Of a stretch of 64,000 bases of DNA, positions 39,989-52,081 are shown in pieces; within the stretch, counting starts at the first letter, position 1, and each line of letters begins with the position of its first letter. Location of the stretch: positions 372,001 through 436,000 of the forward strand of contig OZ037834.1 in the NCBI GenBank assembly GCA_964035575.1, in the 5' to 3' direction. The stretch comes from Rhynchopus sp. YZ270_cl-10 (taxonomy: Eukaryota). The translations under genes were made by a program, and so were the position numbers. The notes under the pieces are model-generated. The model made no database searches, had not been told where the DNA came from, and saw nothing but the letters and a program-made list of their open reading frames with translations.

Positions 39989-41758
39989 GAACAAAGGTTT
40001 TTTTTTCTCTTCTTTCTTTGTTTGGGTACATTTTAGTGCACCCTATTGTACCATCTATTCAGTAGAATAGATAGTATATGAAACAACTTCTTTGGTGTTC
40101 CGGAGGGGGCCTATATTGACATATCCTTGACAATGTCCTTGACATGTCAAGGACATATCCTTGACAGGGGTTTCATGAACACCATTATTTCTTTCATTTG
40201 AACAGAATGTGTGTTAAAAAAATGGAGGGAAAAATCGTGTCGTACGACGAAATACCAACCCCCCCCTCTCTGCGGGTTCACATTATCGACTTTTCTTTTT
40301 TACTTGCGAACAACCTTTATGTGTGAGGTGGCATATGCTTTACCCCATATGGTGACTGCATATCCGTCCTTTCTATTGCCCCCCCCCCCCCCCCCCCCCC
40401 ACTATTGTCAATATACCCCCCTTTTTTTTTTTCCCGTTTGTTTTCTTCCTCCCGTTTTTTCACTTTATTGTGGGGCATACGGAAGGAGGTAACAAGACAT
40501 CTATTTTCTTTCTTTTGTTTGCGAAAATACCCGATACACATTTGCTTGTGAGATGTGTATGTGTGTGTGTATGAGAAACACATTCATCTTTCAAGTTTTC
40601 TTTTGTATGTTCCAGTCAGAGGTTTACGTCTGCATTTCTTTTTTTGTGCGTTTCCATACGAAAATTTATTTTTTTTTTTTTGTATGAATCCATACGGTTT
40701 CCATTCTGTCGATTATTTTTTGTATTTTTTTTTTTGTTTTTGCCAGGTGTTGTTTATTTATTGATGCGATCTTTTTTGTGTGACAAAAAAAAGCCATTCT
40801 TTTTTCTTGTCTTCTGAGTCATTGTCTGTAGCCTGTCCTTTTGAAAATAGGTGAATGGCGTTCTCAAGAAAAAAAAAAAAATCAGCCTTCTCGGGCAACT
40901 TTGTGGTACTGTGCATGCACCTGCCTGCTGGTGAGGTTGGTTGCAAATCTTTCAACTTTTTTCTATTTCTTTTCATTCAGTACAAAGAGGTGAATTATTT
41001 ATTTGATTTACAAAAAAACAAAAAAAAAACAAAACTCCATTGCTCTTCTTCGAGGAATTCTGTCTTCGGTTTCAAAAGAACCGACCAAGTTTCTTCCCCC
41101 TTTTTTTGACTTTTCCCTCATATACTATCAATTTATTGATTGCATATGATGAAAAATACGTTTTTTTTAAACCCGATCCAGTAACAACCCCTGTTCCCAG
41201 TCTTATTATTTTTCCCAATTGTAAATTTAGGTTTTGCAATAAAGGAAAGAAAATAGTCCCCATTCCCCCGTTGTTGTATATCGTGTCTTTCGTCCGTTGA
41301 GGCGTTTGTGTTCACATATCAACCTTACTTTCTTTGTTTAGGTGTTGTGTAGACGAGAGACGATTCATCAAAACAAGGCTTCCTCTTTTTTTTGCTTTTT
41401 TTTTTTGTTTTGTTTTTCTCCAAAAGGGGTGGGTTCGTAGCGTCCTTCTCCGTTGAGAATATCGGTATTGAGAACCCTCATAACCCTCTTTGGATAATGT
41501 GCAAGAGAGAGAGGGAGATGCACATTTGTCTGTCATTTTTTTTTTTTTTTTCCATTTTTCCCTAGTAGTGTGTACAAAGGAGTAGGGTACACGTACGATT
41601 CCCATCCCCTTTTTTATAACTCCACAATAGTTTTTGCGAATAGCAAACAAACAAAAAATCAAATCAAAAAAAAAAAAAAAAAAAAAAAAAAAATTCTTCT
41701 CTTTGTACAAATCTGTTTGTCAAGAATAGAAAAAAAAAAAAAATCTGCGTCTATACCT

Positions 41759-41838
41759 TCTGTAATACATAGGCTTCGGCCGACATTGAGTATACAGATC
41801 GTTATACCAGTAGGTATAACGCGATTGTCGATACAACC
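41759..41838 (+). repeat. Dispersed structured repeat family E (GGC-TTCG-GCC tetraloop plus CGTTATACC-AGTA-GGTATAACG hairpin)
   Basis: A near-identical copy lies at 63470-63547, and a partial copy at ~42671-42702. Confidence 0.85.
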
Positions 41839-42076
41839 AAAAAAAAAAAAAATCAAAAAAAAATCCTCCAAACGATATCTCTTTTCATTGACAGCTCGTT
41901 CCCCCCCTCCCAATCCCATTTTTCAAACAAACAAAAAAAATGCGTAAAAAATATACAGCACAAAAAATATTTTCATTATCCCCACTCTCGCTCCCCATAA
42001 TCTCTCGTATCTGCTTTTTTTTCTTTCTACATCGGGTCTCAACCAAGCCTTCCGGTTACCTTTTAGCGACCCAGAA

Positions 42077-42435
42077 CATGGATTACAAAAGATCTTAATT
42101 AAGATATGAGCGAAAAACACCGTTTTTTTAAGATCTTAGTGTTTTCTTAAAATTAAGTAAGATCTTAGTGTTTTGTGTTGAATATCTTAGTTTTTTTTTG
42201 TTAAGATCTTAGTTTCCACCAAAAAAAAACTAAGATCTTAAAAACAAAACTAAGATCTTAAAAATAAAGTGGCTACGATCTTAGAAAAAAAAACTAAGAT
42301 CTTAGAAAAAAAACTAAGATCTTAGTTTTTTGGTGTTTTTTTCCACTAAGATCTTAGTGGAAAAAAAAAACTAAGAAGATATCAAAACCCCGCTCAAAAA
42401 AAATTTCCCCTTACTAAGATCTTTTGTTTTCCATG
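42077..42435. mobile_element. Non-autonomous TIR element filled with TAAGATCTTA repeats; 6-bp TSD
   Basis: TIRs catggattacaaaagatctta / taagatcttttgttttccatg match at 19/21. CCAGAA flanks both sides (42071-42076, 42436-42441). Many palindromic TAAGATCTTA copies lie inside. Confidence 0.75.
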
Positions 42436-43098
42436 CCAGAAGAAAGAGAAAGGCGAGGGGGGGAGGGGGGTTTTTTTTTGACAGTGTTTTTTTGCCTAAA
42501 AAAAAAACAACACCGTTCTTTCACCGCTTTTTGTCGGCCGAATAGCTTTAATATTTCTTCGCAAGTCTTTCTCTAAAAAGAATAATAAAAAAAAAACAAA
42601 TCTCGTTTGTGGGTAAACATGCCCTACAAATTTAACAAAAGAAATAACAAAAAAAAAAACAAATCAAAAAAAGGCTTCGGCCAGTATTTGAGTCAACTGA
42701 TCCTCCTCCCACCCAAAAAAAGGTGGGAAAAAATTGGGTGATGTGTCGACACAACAAAAAAAAAACGCATCGATTTTCATCTCCAGAATATTTAAAAAAC
42801 AAAAATCATCTCAACTCAACTTATTCACGAAGATATCTGCGCTCGTAAGGCCCATTTCTTCTTCTTCCCCATTTATCCCCTCCCTCTTTTGGGACAAGCT
42901 GTCAATTGAAACCCTCTTTTCCCCTTTCCCCATTCCCCATTCCCCAATAGTCATTGTGGTTGTTACTTAACAAAACAAAAATGCCACTTTTTTTTCTTTC
43001 CAGCTAACTTTTTTTGTCTTCGAAATATTTTCCGTTCAAAATATTGAGTATTGATACTCTTCAGCAAATCACGGGATTTGTGTCATTTTTTTTAAAAA

Positions 43099-43459
43099 GG
43101 GAAGGCTCGTTTTTCCATTTAATGTTACAAAGTAACAATAAAGGGGGGGGAGGGGGTCCGACCGAAATCCGGGGAAAAAACTTTTTTTTTTTTGTAACAA
43201 TGGCGGGAAAAAGTGGCTTTTTCCAACAACAAGAACTTGTCCATTTCGGCAGATTGACCCCACCACAGTGCGGACGGATTCCGGAAATGCAAATGCGGGT
43301 GTTTTCGGATGTGCACGTCCACTGCGCCTTGTTGTTACAATAAATGAAAATTCGGAAAAACGGTTTTTCCGTGTAACATAGGGGGTGGGGAGGGGGGGGT
43401 CACCGGGAAAAATGGTTTATTGTTACTTTGTAACATTAAAAGGAAAAACGAGCCTTCCC
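43099..43459. mobile_element. MITE with 43-bp TIRs (GGGAAGGCTCG…), possible 3-bp TSD (PIF/Harbinger-like)
   Basis: gggaaggctcgtttttccatttaatgttacaaagtaacaataa matches its reverse complement ending at 43459 with 1 mismatch. AAA flanks both sides. Superfamily assignment is tentative. Confidence 0.8.
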
Positions 43460-46033
43460 AAAGCATTTTTTTTTTGTCTCTGTATCTTGTCAGAGATTTT
43501 GTGCGTCACAGACCATCAGTCTTCTTTTTCGGCTATGTGTACTGTCCTTGGGGAAAAGGAAAAAAGGAAAAAAAAAAAAAAAAGCTTCATTTTCATTATA
43601 AATAAAACACGTCACACAGCGTCGTATGTCCCAAAATTCAACAGACATAGTTATATCTTCAATTCTTTAAAAACAAATTGCACCCTTTTTTATTGTTTCA
43701 GTGCTCTTGCGGCCCGCTAATATCTCCCAGTGGCGGTTTGTATCTTACAACTTCTCTTTTCATGCCAATCATTGTTATTTTCTTTTCAAGCCTGTGTTTT
43801 TTTTTTAAATCTTTTTAGTTTAGCCAAATGGTTCATCTTCTTGCCCCAACTTCTTTTTGTGGGGATTGATCAAAATATTTCAAAAAAAAAAATTGAAAAA
43901 AAAAAAAATGAGTGATTTCGGGTCAGTTGAGGTGTCTTTTATATTCAATAACTATTCCTTTTGGTTTTGCTTCCTCTAGATGACAATCTAGAAAAAGAGA
44001 AGGGAAAAAAAAAAAAAAAAAAAAAAAACGGTATAGTGTGCTGTAATGACTTCGCAAAACCCGAGAGGCTGCGGGTCATCCCATAAGCTTTGTATACCTT
44101 CTGTTGGCAGAGTACCCCTTTGTCTCTTTTTCTAACAGATCCCCTACTCCCCATGTTCCCTTGTCTTAACGACCCTTGGTCATGCTGCAAAAGTAAACAA
44201 ACAAATAAGCAAAAAAGTACAAAATAAAGTAGCAAAAGCAAAAACAAAACAAAACAAAACAAACTTTCAAATCCCCATGTTCCCTGTTATCAATTTTTTT
44301 TTTTGGTCAAAAAAACGCGCCAAAAAAAGGTACACTGTCACGAGAGGACTTTGTATTGCAAAAAAAAAGCCATATTTTTCTGTTGTTGTTAAAAGACAGC
44401 TAAGCACAGAGCGACTTAGGTTTTTCGTCGTTTTATCAACCTTCCCCCACTCCTCCCTGGTTTTTTTTTTTATCACAAAGGTCAAAGTGTCTTTTACTTA
44501 CGTGATACAATAAAAACCCCCCAGTTCACAGCAAACCCCATAAAACCCTGTTCCCCCATTCTCTTCCCATGTATATCGAGGTTCTTTGAATGGCCTGTGT
44601 ACGTCTCTATTGGTGAGGTGCCCTACCATCCGATTGACCTCATTTTTTTTTTTTTTTTAGTGCCTGCGTCCTCCTGAGGGGTGTGCACTGTCAAACTTCG
44701 CTTGCTTTAAGGATGAGTGTGTGTATGTGTGTGCATGAGAGGATGGAAAGCACATTCATCTTTCAAGTATTCTTTCTTTTCTTTTACCCTGTGAAGACGT
44801 CGCTACGATTCTTTTTTGTTGGAAATAGAAAATACAAAAAAAAAAAAAAAAAATCTGTCTCGTACGTCATCACAAAAAAAAACACGATTTGTCTTTCCCG
44901 ATTTTATTTTATTTTTTTGATGTGCAGCAACAACAAAAAAAGTACAAATACACTCCTTGATACCTCCAATAAAGGTGGGATATGTTCGAGGTTGGTGTTT
45001 TTGCTTCTTTTTTTTTGATAATTTGTTTGGTTAGTGGAGTAGTCTTATAGTTTGTTTTACTGTCTATCTGGGCAGCTAAGAGAATAGATTAATGATAACT
45101 GTTTTTTTTTCTTCTTCTTCTTTTTCTATTGTTGTTGCTTCGTCAGTATCACTACACGGTTTCCATACCAGGATAGGGGTTTTTTTATAGATTGTGTGTG
45201 TGTGTGTGCACGAGAGAAGACACACTTCATCTAAACACTTTTTTTTACATTTTGTTTTGTTTATTTAGTTCATCATTGCATTTACCAATATGGGCGTTTT
45301 ACACAAAACTCTCCCTTCTCAAAAATTTCCCCCCTTTTTCCACCCCCCCCTCCCCTCCCGTTATTCCCAAAAAACCCGCGAAAAAAGTGTTTTCCGTAAT
45401 TTTTTGTTCTTTGCGGCGCTTTTATTTTATTTTATTTTTCAATTTTCCTTTTTTTTTCGTAATGTAGTCCCTTCCTAATCTTTCCTTTTTTTTGGTAATT
45501 TTGTTTTTTTTTGTTTTCTGAACCTGAAGCAAAAAAAAAAAGAGGAAATAAAGGAAGATTAAAGGAAGGGAGGACAGAGAAAGAAAATTCATCTACAATA
45601 AAAAAAAAAAGCTCGAGAGACTACTCTTTAGCTTGTTGCTCGGGAAGCATACTAATTTTTTAAAAAAAACAGAAAAAAATTTAAATTGAGAAAAAGTAAA
45701 AAACAACAACAACGATTTTTATTTTTATACACCTGCGATTGGCCTCGACCAAGGTCTATCCTAACGACTTAAGAAACGAAAAGAATAAACTAAAAAAAAA
45801 AAATTGACAACTCCCCCTTTTTTCCCCCTCCTTTCCAAAACCTCTTCATAATAACCTATTACCCATTCAAACCATCACCAGAGGGGGCACCAACACCCTT
45901 TTACAACCCCCCCCTCTCTGTCTACACATTTTTACACATTCAGTACACATTTATCGGGGAATTTTTTTTCCTGTTTTTTTTCTCCCTCTTTCTCTCTATT
46001 CCCCTACCCTCTGTTCTCCATTAAACCAGCATC

Positions 46034-47721
46034 ATGGCCCAGGCAGGTGGGTACAGTGCCCAGCCAGGGGCAGGAGGGATGAACACCTCCCCGGCACCAG
46101 GGGGAGGGGGTGCGAAGGGGGCGTACACGTTCCAGCAGAAGCCGCAGGGGATAGGGCGTGGGCTGTACAGGGACCCTGCAGCGCAGTCGTCGCCACGGCC
46201 GATGAACATTCATCATGATAAACGTGTTGTGAAAGGTATGTAGTGCCCCCTGTGTTGCTGTCAAAAAAGAAAGAAAACAACGAAAAAGTAAAATAATGGT
46301 GTGGCTGAAAGGGGGGTGCGATAAAGTGCTATTTTGGGCGTCTGGATTTTGGTGTTGGTCATTGTGCTTAAAAAAAACAGCCGAGAATTCCTCCCTCGAA
46401 TTTCCCGTATTTTTCCCGTCTAATTACACAATATTTTTTTCTCTCTCTTTTTCAAGATGACTAAGCGTAATCTTATAAACTTTTTTCCCTATGATTTTCC
46501 CTTCAAAATTTACCCCCCCTTTTCAGGAAACACTTATGCGGCTCAGGTTCTTCCCTTATCTGCGCAGATGGAGCTGCAGATGGCGGAGAAGGAGGGCGAG
46601 CGGCAGAAGAAGCGGATAGCGGCAGACCACAAGCGCCGCAAGCAGGAGGAGCAGAAACGGTCGCTCACGCCGGAGCCTATTGAGGGGCGCCGCCACATGG
46701 ACGTGCAGACGGAGCTGTACCTTGAGGAGCTGACGGACGCTGTCGAGGAGGCCACGGCAGAGACACAGACGGACCCGATGCTGGACAGGCCGCCGACACC
46801 GAAGTTCATCCCCTCCAAGAGCGGGCGTGATGCGGAATGCCAAATTGAAGAAGGCGACCTCTTTGACTTTGACTACGAGGTGCAACCCATCCTGGAAGTT
46901 ATGGTGGGCAAGACAATGGAGCAGGCGATGCTGGAGGTATTGAAAAATAGGGGGCTTAGGTTCATCTTAAAAACTATTATTTTCTTTTTACCACACCACC
47001 CTATCCCCTATACAGGTCTTACAAGAGGAGGAGATTGACAACCTGCGCCAGCAGCAGCTTGAGTTTGAGCAGCGTCGGAAGGAGGAGGCTGTCGAGACCC
47101 AGCGTCTGGAGGCTGCAGAGAAGCGTAAGTACGAGGAGAAGGAGCGCAGGAAGAGACAGGAGCAGGCACGTCTCCGTCGCGAGCGTGTCACGAAGGAGAA
47201 GCTGGCGGCCCGCGTGTTCGCGAAGCAGTTCCTGAGCAACCTCGAGCACCGTGTCTTCGGGAAGCTGGAGGACGAGGGCTGGTTCTACGACGCGGCAGAG
47301 CGTGAGATCGAGACATCGTTCCTTCCATGGCTGACGCAGTCGGTTGCATCCAACATCGACAAAATGCAGAGGACGCGCAATACTGTAGATGAGTTGGTAT
47401 GTCGAAGTGAAGTGTTAAAAGGGGGGGTGGGCCCATTATCCTGAATATTTCAGATTTTGGTTTCCCGACTAAATTTAAATTCCATTAAAAAGTGCTTATT
47501 ATCCCGCTTCTATCCGGGTCAATAGCCATGCCGTAGATGAGTTGTTATGGGAAGTGGGGTTTTTATTGGACAGAATATTTATTACACCACCATGAATCTA
47601 AAAAACACTTTACGCACAAACAAAATCTCCGCTTCTGCGACAGGTGCGCATCGCAATCGAAAAGGCGAAAGTAAAGCCAAAAGTAGAGGAAAAGCCCGAA
47701 GCTGAGGAAGTTGAGGCATAA
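46034..47721 (+). CDS. RSPH3: Radial spoke head protein 3 (flagellar axoneme)
   Basis: Exons 46034-46235, 46527-46936, 47016-47396 and 47644-47721, with GT-AG introns in consistent phase. Conserved RSP3 motifs: DKRVVKGNTYA, GRRHMDVQTELYLEEL, TQTDPMLDRPPTPKFIPSKSG, QIEEGDLFDFDYEVQPILEVMVGKTMEQAMLEV. Confidence 0.93.
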
Positions 47722-48549
47722 AAAAAACAAAAAAACAAAACAAAAGAAATAATCCAAAACAATAACAGAGGAAACAAACAAAGGGAGAAGAAGAAAAAAC
47801 TAATTTGACCAAAGAAAATCTCAACTGAAATACGCTGAGTTCTTTTTTCCTCCTTTTTTTTTTAGTCAGCAAAACAAAACCCCTCAAGTTTCTGCTTGAG
47901 GATTGTTGTGCCGCAAAAAAGTGGGTATTTTTTAAACACCCATACCTTCCTTGCAACCCTCTTATAGTCTTGATGTGCACGAGAGGTATTTGCATCTATT
48001 CATTTTCTTTTTCTCTTTCTTTCCCCCCTCCACCCGGTGTTCTGGTCACACACCAAAAAGGTACACTGTCACAAAGAGGGCTTTGTATTTCAAGTCATTT
48101 TTTTTGATCTTCATCTACACAAAGAAAAAAACTGGTATTTGGTAACTCAGAAATCCAAAAAAACGGGTGGTGCACACTCTAGAGTAGCTACACTAATACA
48201 GCCAAGTTTTCAAAAAAGCAAAGTACGCGACAACTAAGCACTAAGTACGCAAGAAGTACGCAATATGGGGTCGTCAGGAGCACCAGTACTACAAAAAAAC
48301 CCCTTTTCTCACAAAATGGAAGATCTCTTTAGGGAGTCCTGTTGTTTTCTCGCGGTGGAGAGAGAGAGAAAACGAGAGAAAAAGAGAGAGAGAAAAAATG
48401 GGGAACAACCAGTTCTTTTCCCACCAAAGCTCCTCCCTACATCCCCTCCCTCCCTCATCACCTATTCTTTCCTTCACACACCCCGTTTATTGAAAAGCAA
48501 AGGGAAAAAAAAAGGATGCTGGTTATATTTTTTCCCCAGTGTTCATTTC

Positions 48550-48675
48550 ATGGAAGCGGGAAGTAGCATATTATCTTGAGGTAGGACTGCATGGTTTGGG
48601 TGTCCACCTCCCCCCCCCCTCCGGTACAGCCGGTCATACCAAAGACTGTTTCACGAGAGGGGCTTTGTATTTCAT
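48550..48675 (+). repeat. Dispersed repeat family B (GTAGGACTGCATGGTTTGGGTGTCCACCC…GTACAG…CATACCAAAGGTACACTGTTCACGAGAGGGCTTTGTATTTCA)
   Basis: Long copies at 48550-48675, 53780-53915 and 55149-55242. 5'-truncated copies at 44318-44360, 48032-48096 and 50385-50443. Remnants at ~60612-60640 and ~62595-62627. All are on the + strand. Confidence 0.85.
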
Positions 48676-48748
48676 AGTAAATTTTAATGACTATGTCTGT
48701 TGACACATAATCAAACAACTCAGAATACACACAAAAACCCACAGAACA

Positions 48749-51700
48749 ATGCGTGCCTCCAGAACCTGCCTTGCCCTTGGAAAGATGAAGGGTCTTGTTA
48801 TCCCCCCTTTCACCGTCTACTCCAAGAACGGCGACGTGGACATCAGCAAGATCGCAGAACACATTCAGATCATTGAAAAGATGAACGGCACTGCCGTCTT
48901 CCTGGGTGGGACCGGAAGCGAAGGTGCGAGCCAAACCATCGAAGAAAGGGTTGCCATCGCTACGGAATACCGCCGTGTGTTTGATGCGACGGACTCGAAG
49001 TTGAAGCTGATGCTCCACGTAGGTGCCACCTCGCTGAAGGAAAGCCAGCAGCTTGCAGAGGCTGCAGAGACCCTTAAGGTTGATGCCATCGCAAGCGTTA
49101 CCCCCACCTTCTTCAAACCCGCCAACGTCAATGTTATGTCGGAGTGGATGTCCGAGCTTGCCTCTGCAGCCCCGAACACCCCGTTCTATTACTACCACAT
49201 ACCGGTCATCACGAATCTTCCTGCGACCATCAGCGTCAAAAAATTCCTGGAGGTGTGTGGCCCTAAGACGCCGACCCTGCACGGTATTAAGTACACAGCG
49301 ATGAACCTGGCGGAGTTTTCTGATTTGACGCAGGTCGCTGGGGGGAAGTACGACATCATGGCGGGGCTGTCGGAGCAGATGCTTGCAGCGCTTGCCATGG
49401 GAGCCAAGGCGTCGGTGTCGGTGCCATACAACAACCCGTTCGCGATGAAATACTACCACAAAATCCTGGAACAGTACAACGCAGGAGACCTGAATGGGGC
49501 GCTGAAGACACAGCAGGAGATCAACAAGCTGACGTACCTTTTGCAAGTATGTAGTCCGGCTTTAACCCCCCTTTTTTTTTCATTCCCACTTTATCATAAC
49601 CACAAACACAAATACAGCAAAGGGTACATCTTTGTATCACCCTCTATTTCCTTCTTTTCGTAAAAGAATGTATCTGAACTAATTCATTTCCTTGTTTTTA
49701 GTTTATTCATCGGCGGCCCTCCGTCTTCAAAACCGATCCCTGATTCTGTGCGCGAAATGAGTATTATTTTTTGCCTCGCTCCCCAAATGCAAATCATCGT
49801 CAAGATGAGCTGTGTTCTTGTAGCGCACGGGGGGAGATTCGCCTTTAAGGTTAGTCACCCACAACAACCGTTGCGAGTGGTCCTCCTTTTGGCCACGTAC
49901 TGCAGGAGAGGGATATGGAGCTTGAGCTGTGCTCTTGAACGTTGCCGTTGCTAACTCTGAACCGCTTGCCCGCCCTCCGATATGTATCGCATCTTTCTTT
50001 TAAAAAAAAACCTCGTATATTTGCTTTATCCTGGGGCCACGCCTCACGTGGTTGATTGTCAGTTGCTGCTGTGGGATCGATTGTCGTCCGAGTCGGCTCA
50101 GCCAGCTCAATTTATTCGCTTCTACGCAAAGTGTTCAATGTGTTTCTCCAGGGTATTCAGGAGAAATTGCATTTTGTCCACGTTGTCATTGGCAACCATA
50201 GCATATTTCCCTCTCTTTTCGGGAGGGCTTTGTGTGTTGCCAGGGCAATGTGGACAAGGTCTACTACGGCTCTATTCCGTTGTCCCTTGTCCAGCTGGTG
50301 GTCATGCGCCACATCCCGCAAGATGCTGTTGTAAGACGGGCGTTTTTCTTTTTGTGCTTAACCCTATTCATTTGTCCACCCCATTGTACAGCCGGGTCAT
50401 GTGCCAAGGTACACTGTTCATGAGAGAGGGCTTTGTATTTCATTTATTTGCCCAGCAATGCTCTTTTATTTTTGTATTTCAACCAGGGGTGGGCGGGCAC
50501 CCTGGGGTTTTTTCCATTTTTTTGGATCGGGCACCCAGGTTTTTTCTAAGGATTTTTACAGGCAATTTTTGGATTTTTCTGAGAACACGCTGCCCCCTGC
50601 CGAAATATGTTCTCGGTTTTCCCTTTTCGGTGGGTTTTTTTTGGCCTTTTTCGGGTTTTCCGAGCTTTTACCCTCACTGTCACGGGGTCATTTTGAAAAA
50701 AATGGGCAAGTTCTTGGCTGATACACGTTTTGGTCATTACCACCAGCGAGTTGCTTAGCGGGGTTAAATTGAACTATGATTCTGGACCCACTGTAACGTG
50801 AACCGCCCCCTCGAAATTCAAGAAGGGGTCCTAAACCCGGGCGCGCTACGCGCTACGTGCACCCCGAATGTTCGGGATGAATATAAAACGGCGCCGCAGG
50901 CGAAAAAAAATTAGGGTACAGTATAAAAAATGCCGCTTTTATACCACAAAGCCACTCAGCGAATCCTTTTTTGCAGAGCAAAAAAGGGAAAATGGCGCCG
51001 CAGGCAAATTTTTTTTAAAGGTGCAGACCTGGGAGGCGCTGAATTATTTTTCTTTTTCGTTCCTCAGTGCCGTCAGGGCCTGCCCAAGTGCGCCAACGCA
51101 ATGCACTTTGCTACCACCGTGGTGGCGAGCACTTGTAGCACTGCAAGAAGCAAGGTTCCCTCGACGTTTGCAGTCACACGCACCATACTGTATTATTATT
51201 TATTCTGTTGTGCGGGAGGTGAAAGGGACGAGACCGAAGGAAGCGGGGTGGAGACTTTTTTTGTTCATTATGGCTTGGTACCGCACTCCCGGGCAGAGTG
51301 CGAGTTATTCTCAGCCACACGGGGCCCGGCCCGACCCCCCAGACTTTTTCCCCTAAGAAAAACCCTTAGAAAAATAAATTTTCCCCGTATAAAATCCTTA
51401 GAAAAAATAATTTTTCCCCCGTGTAAAATCCTTAGAAAAAATAAAATAAAATCAAAATCGGGCCCCGGGCACCCACTTTAGGCCCAGGCCTGATTTCAAC
51501 TCTACTTTTGTTTTTTTTCCTTCAGAGAGGATAGATGGTTAGTTCTTGGGGAAAAAATCTGCTATTTTTTTTCTTCTTCTTTTTCTTCTTCAATTCTGTG
51601 AACTGAAAGTATATGAATCTAATTCTTCAAAACACACATTTTTTAGGGACGTTATTCTACGCGAGAAATACCCTATTTTTATCAAAACCCCACATATGGG

Positions 51701-51940
51701 TGACATTTTGGTTTTGCCTTGGAGGAGCTATTTCGCATTTTTCAAAAAAAAATTACGCACACATGCACACACACCTCCCAGCATGGTGGCTACGGCTCAC
51801 CCGCATCAGTACTTCGCGCAGCCGTCAAGATGGACACCGGATTTGACCTGGGGCCCACGCGTCTACCCCTGGCGGACCTCTCCACTGCTTCGTACAACAG
51901 TGTAGAGAAAATCCTGCGGGAGTACCTTAAGCTTCTGTAG
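48749..51940 (+). CDS. nanA: N-acetylneuraminate lyase-like protein (DapA/NAL family)
   Basis: Exon 1 is 48749-49546 and exon 2 is 51782-51940 (phase 0, GTATG…CCCAG, 2.2-kb intron). Motifs: GLVIPPFT, GGTGSEG (GxxGE-like), FYYYHIP, Schiff-base GIKYT, and C-terminal GFDLGPTRLPL. Exact substrate is uncertain. Confidence 0.82.
50484..51492. mobile_element. hAT-like non-autonomous element in the nanA-like intron
   Basis: Perfect 8-bp TSD ATTTCAAC (50476-50483, 51493-51500). Imperfect TIRs caggggtgggc / gcccaggcctg (9/11). Subterminal AAATCCTTAGAAAA repeats occur in opposite orientation near the two ends. Confidence 0.8.
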
Positions 51941-51978
51941 AAAAGGAGAAGGGCGAGAAGAGGGGGTGGGGGGGAGGG

Positions 51979-52081
51979 ACAGCTGAGAATAAGACTCGGG
52001 GAGTAGGGACCGGGGACCGGGAACCCGGATATTCTCAGCTGGACTGGGACCTGGACCGGGACCCAGCTTATTCTCAGCTGT
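51979..52081. mobile_element. Tiny MITE with 15-bp perfect TIRs (ACAGCTGAGAATAAG)
   Basis: The TIRs are perfect and GGGAGGG flanks both sides (possible 7-bp TSD, low-complexity context). Internal GGGACC repeats are present. Confidence 0.6.

Noticed and set aside
38140..46000. Short Phe/Lys-rich ORFs in AT-rich DNA
   Set aside because: These are translations of poly-T/poly-A tracts with no coding composition.
37353..49546. Functional link between the lectin-bearing giant protein and the sialic-acid-lyase-like gene
   Set aside because: Only proximity supports it; unrelated housekeeping genes are interspersed and such clusters are not operons.
49715..49810. Weak resemblance to LSU domain II (CCGTCTTGAAAC…, TGCAAATCGATCGTC)
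   Set aside because: The matches are short and mismatched, and the spacing is much shorter than in rRNA; a cmsearch would be needed.
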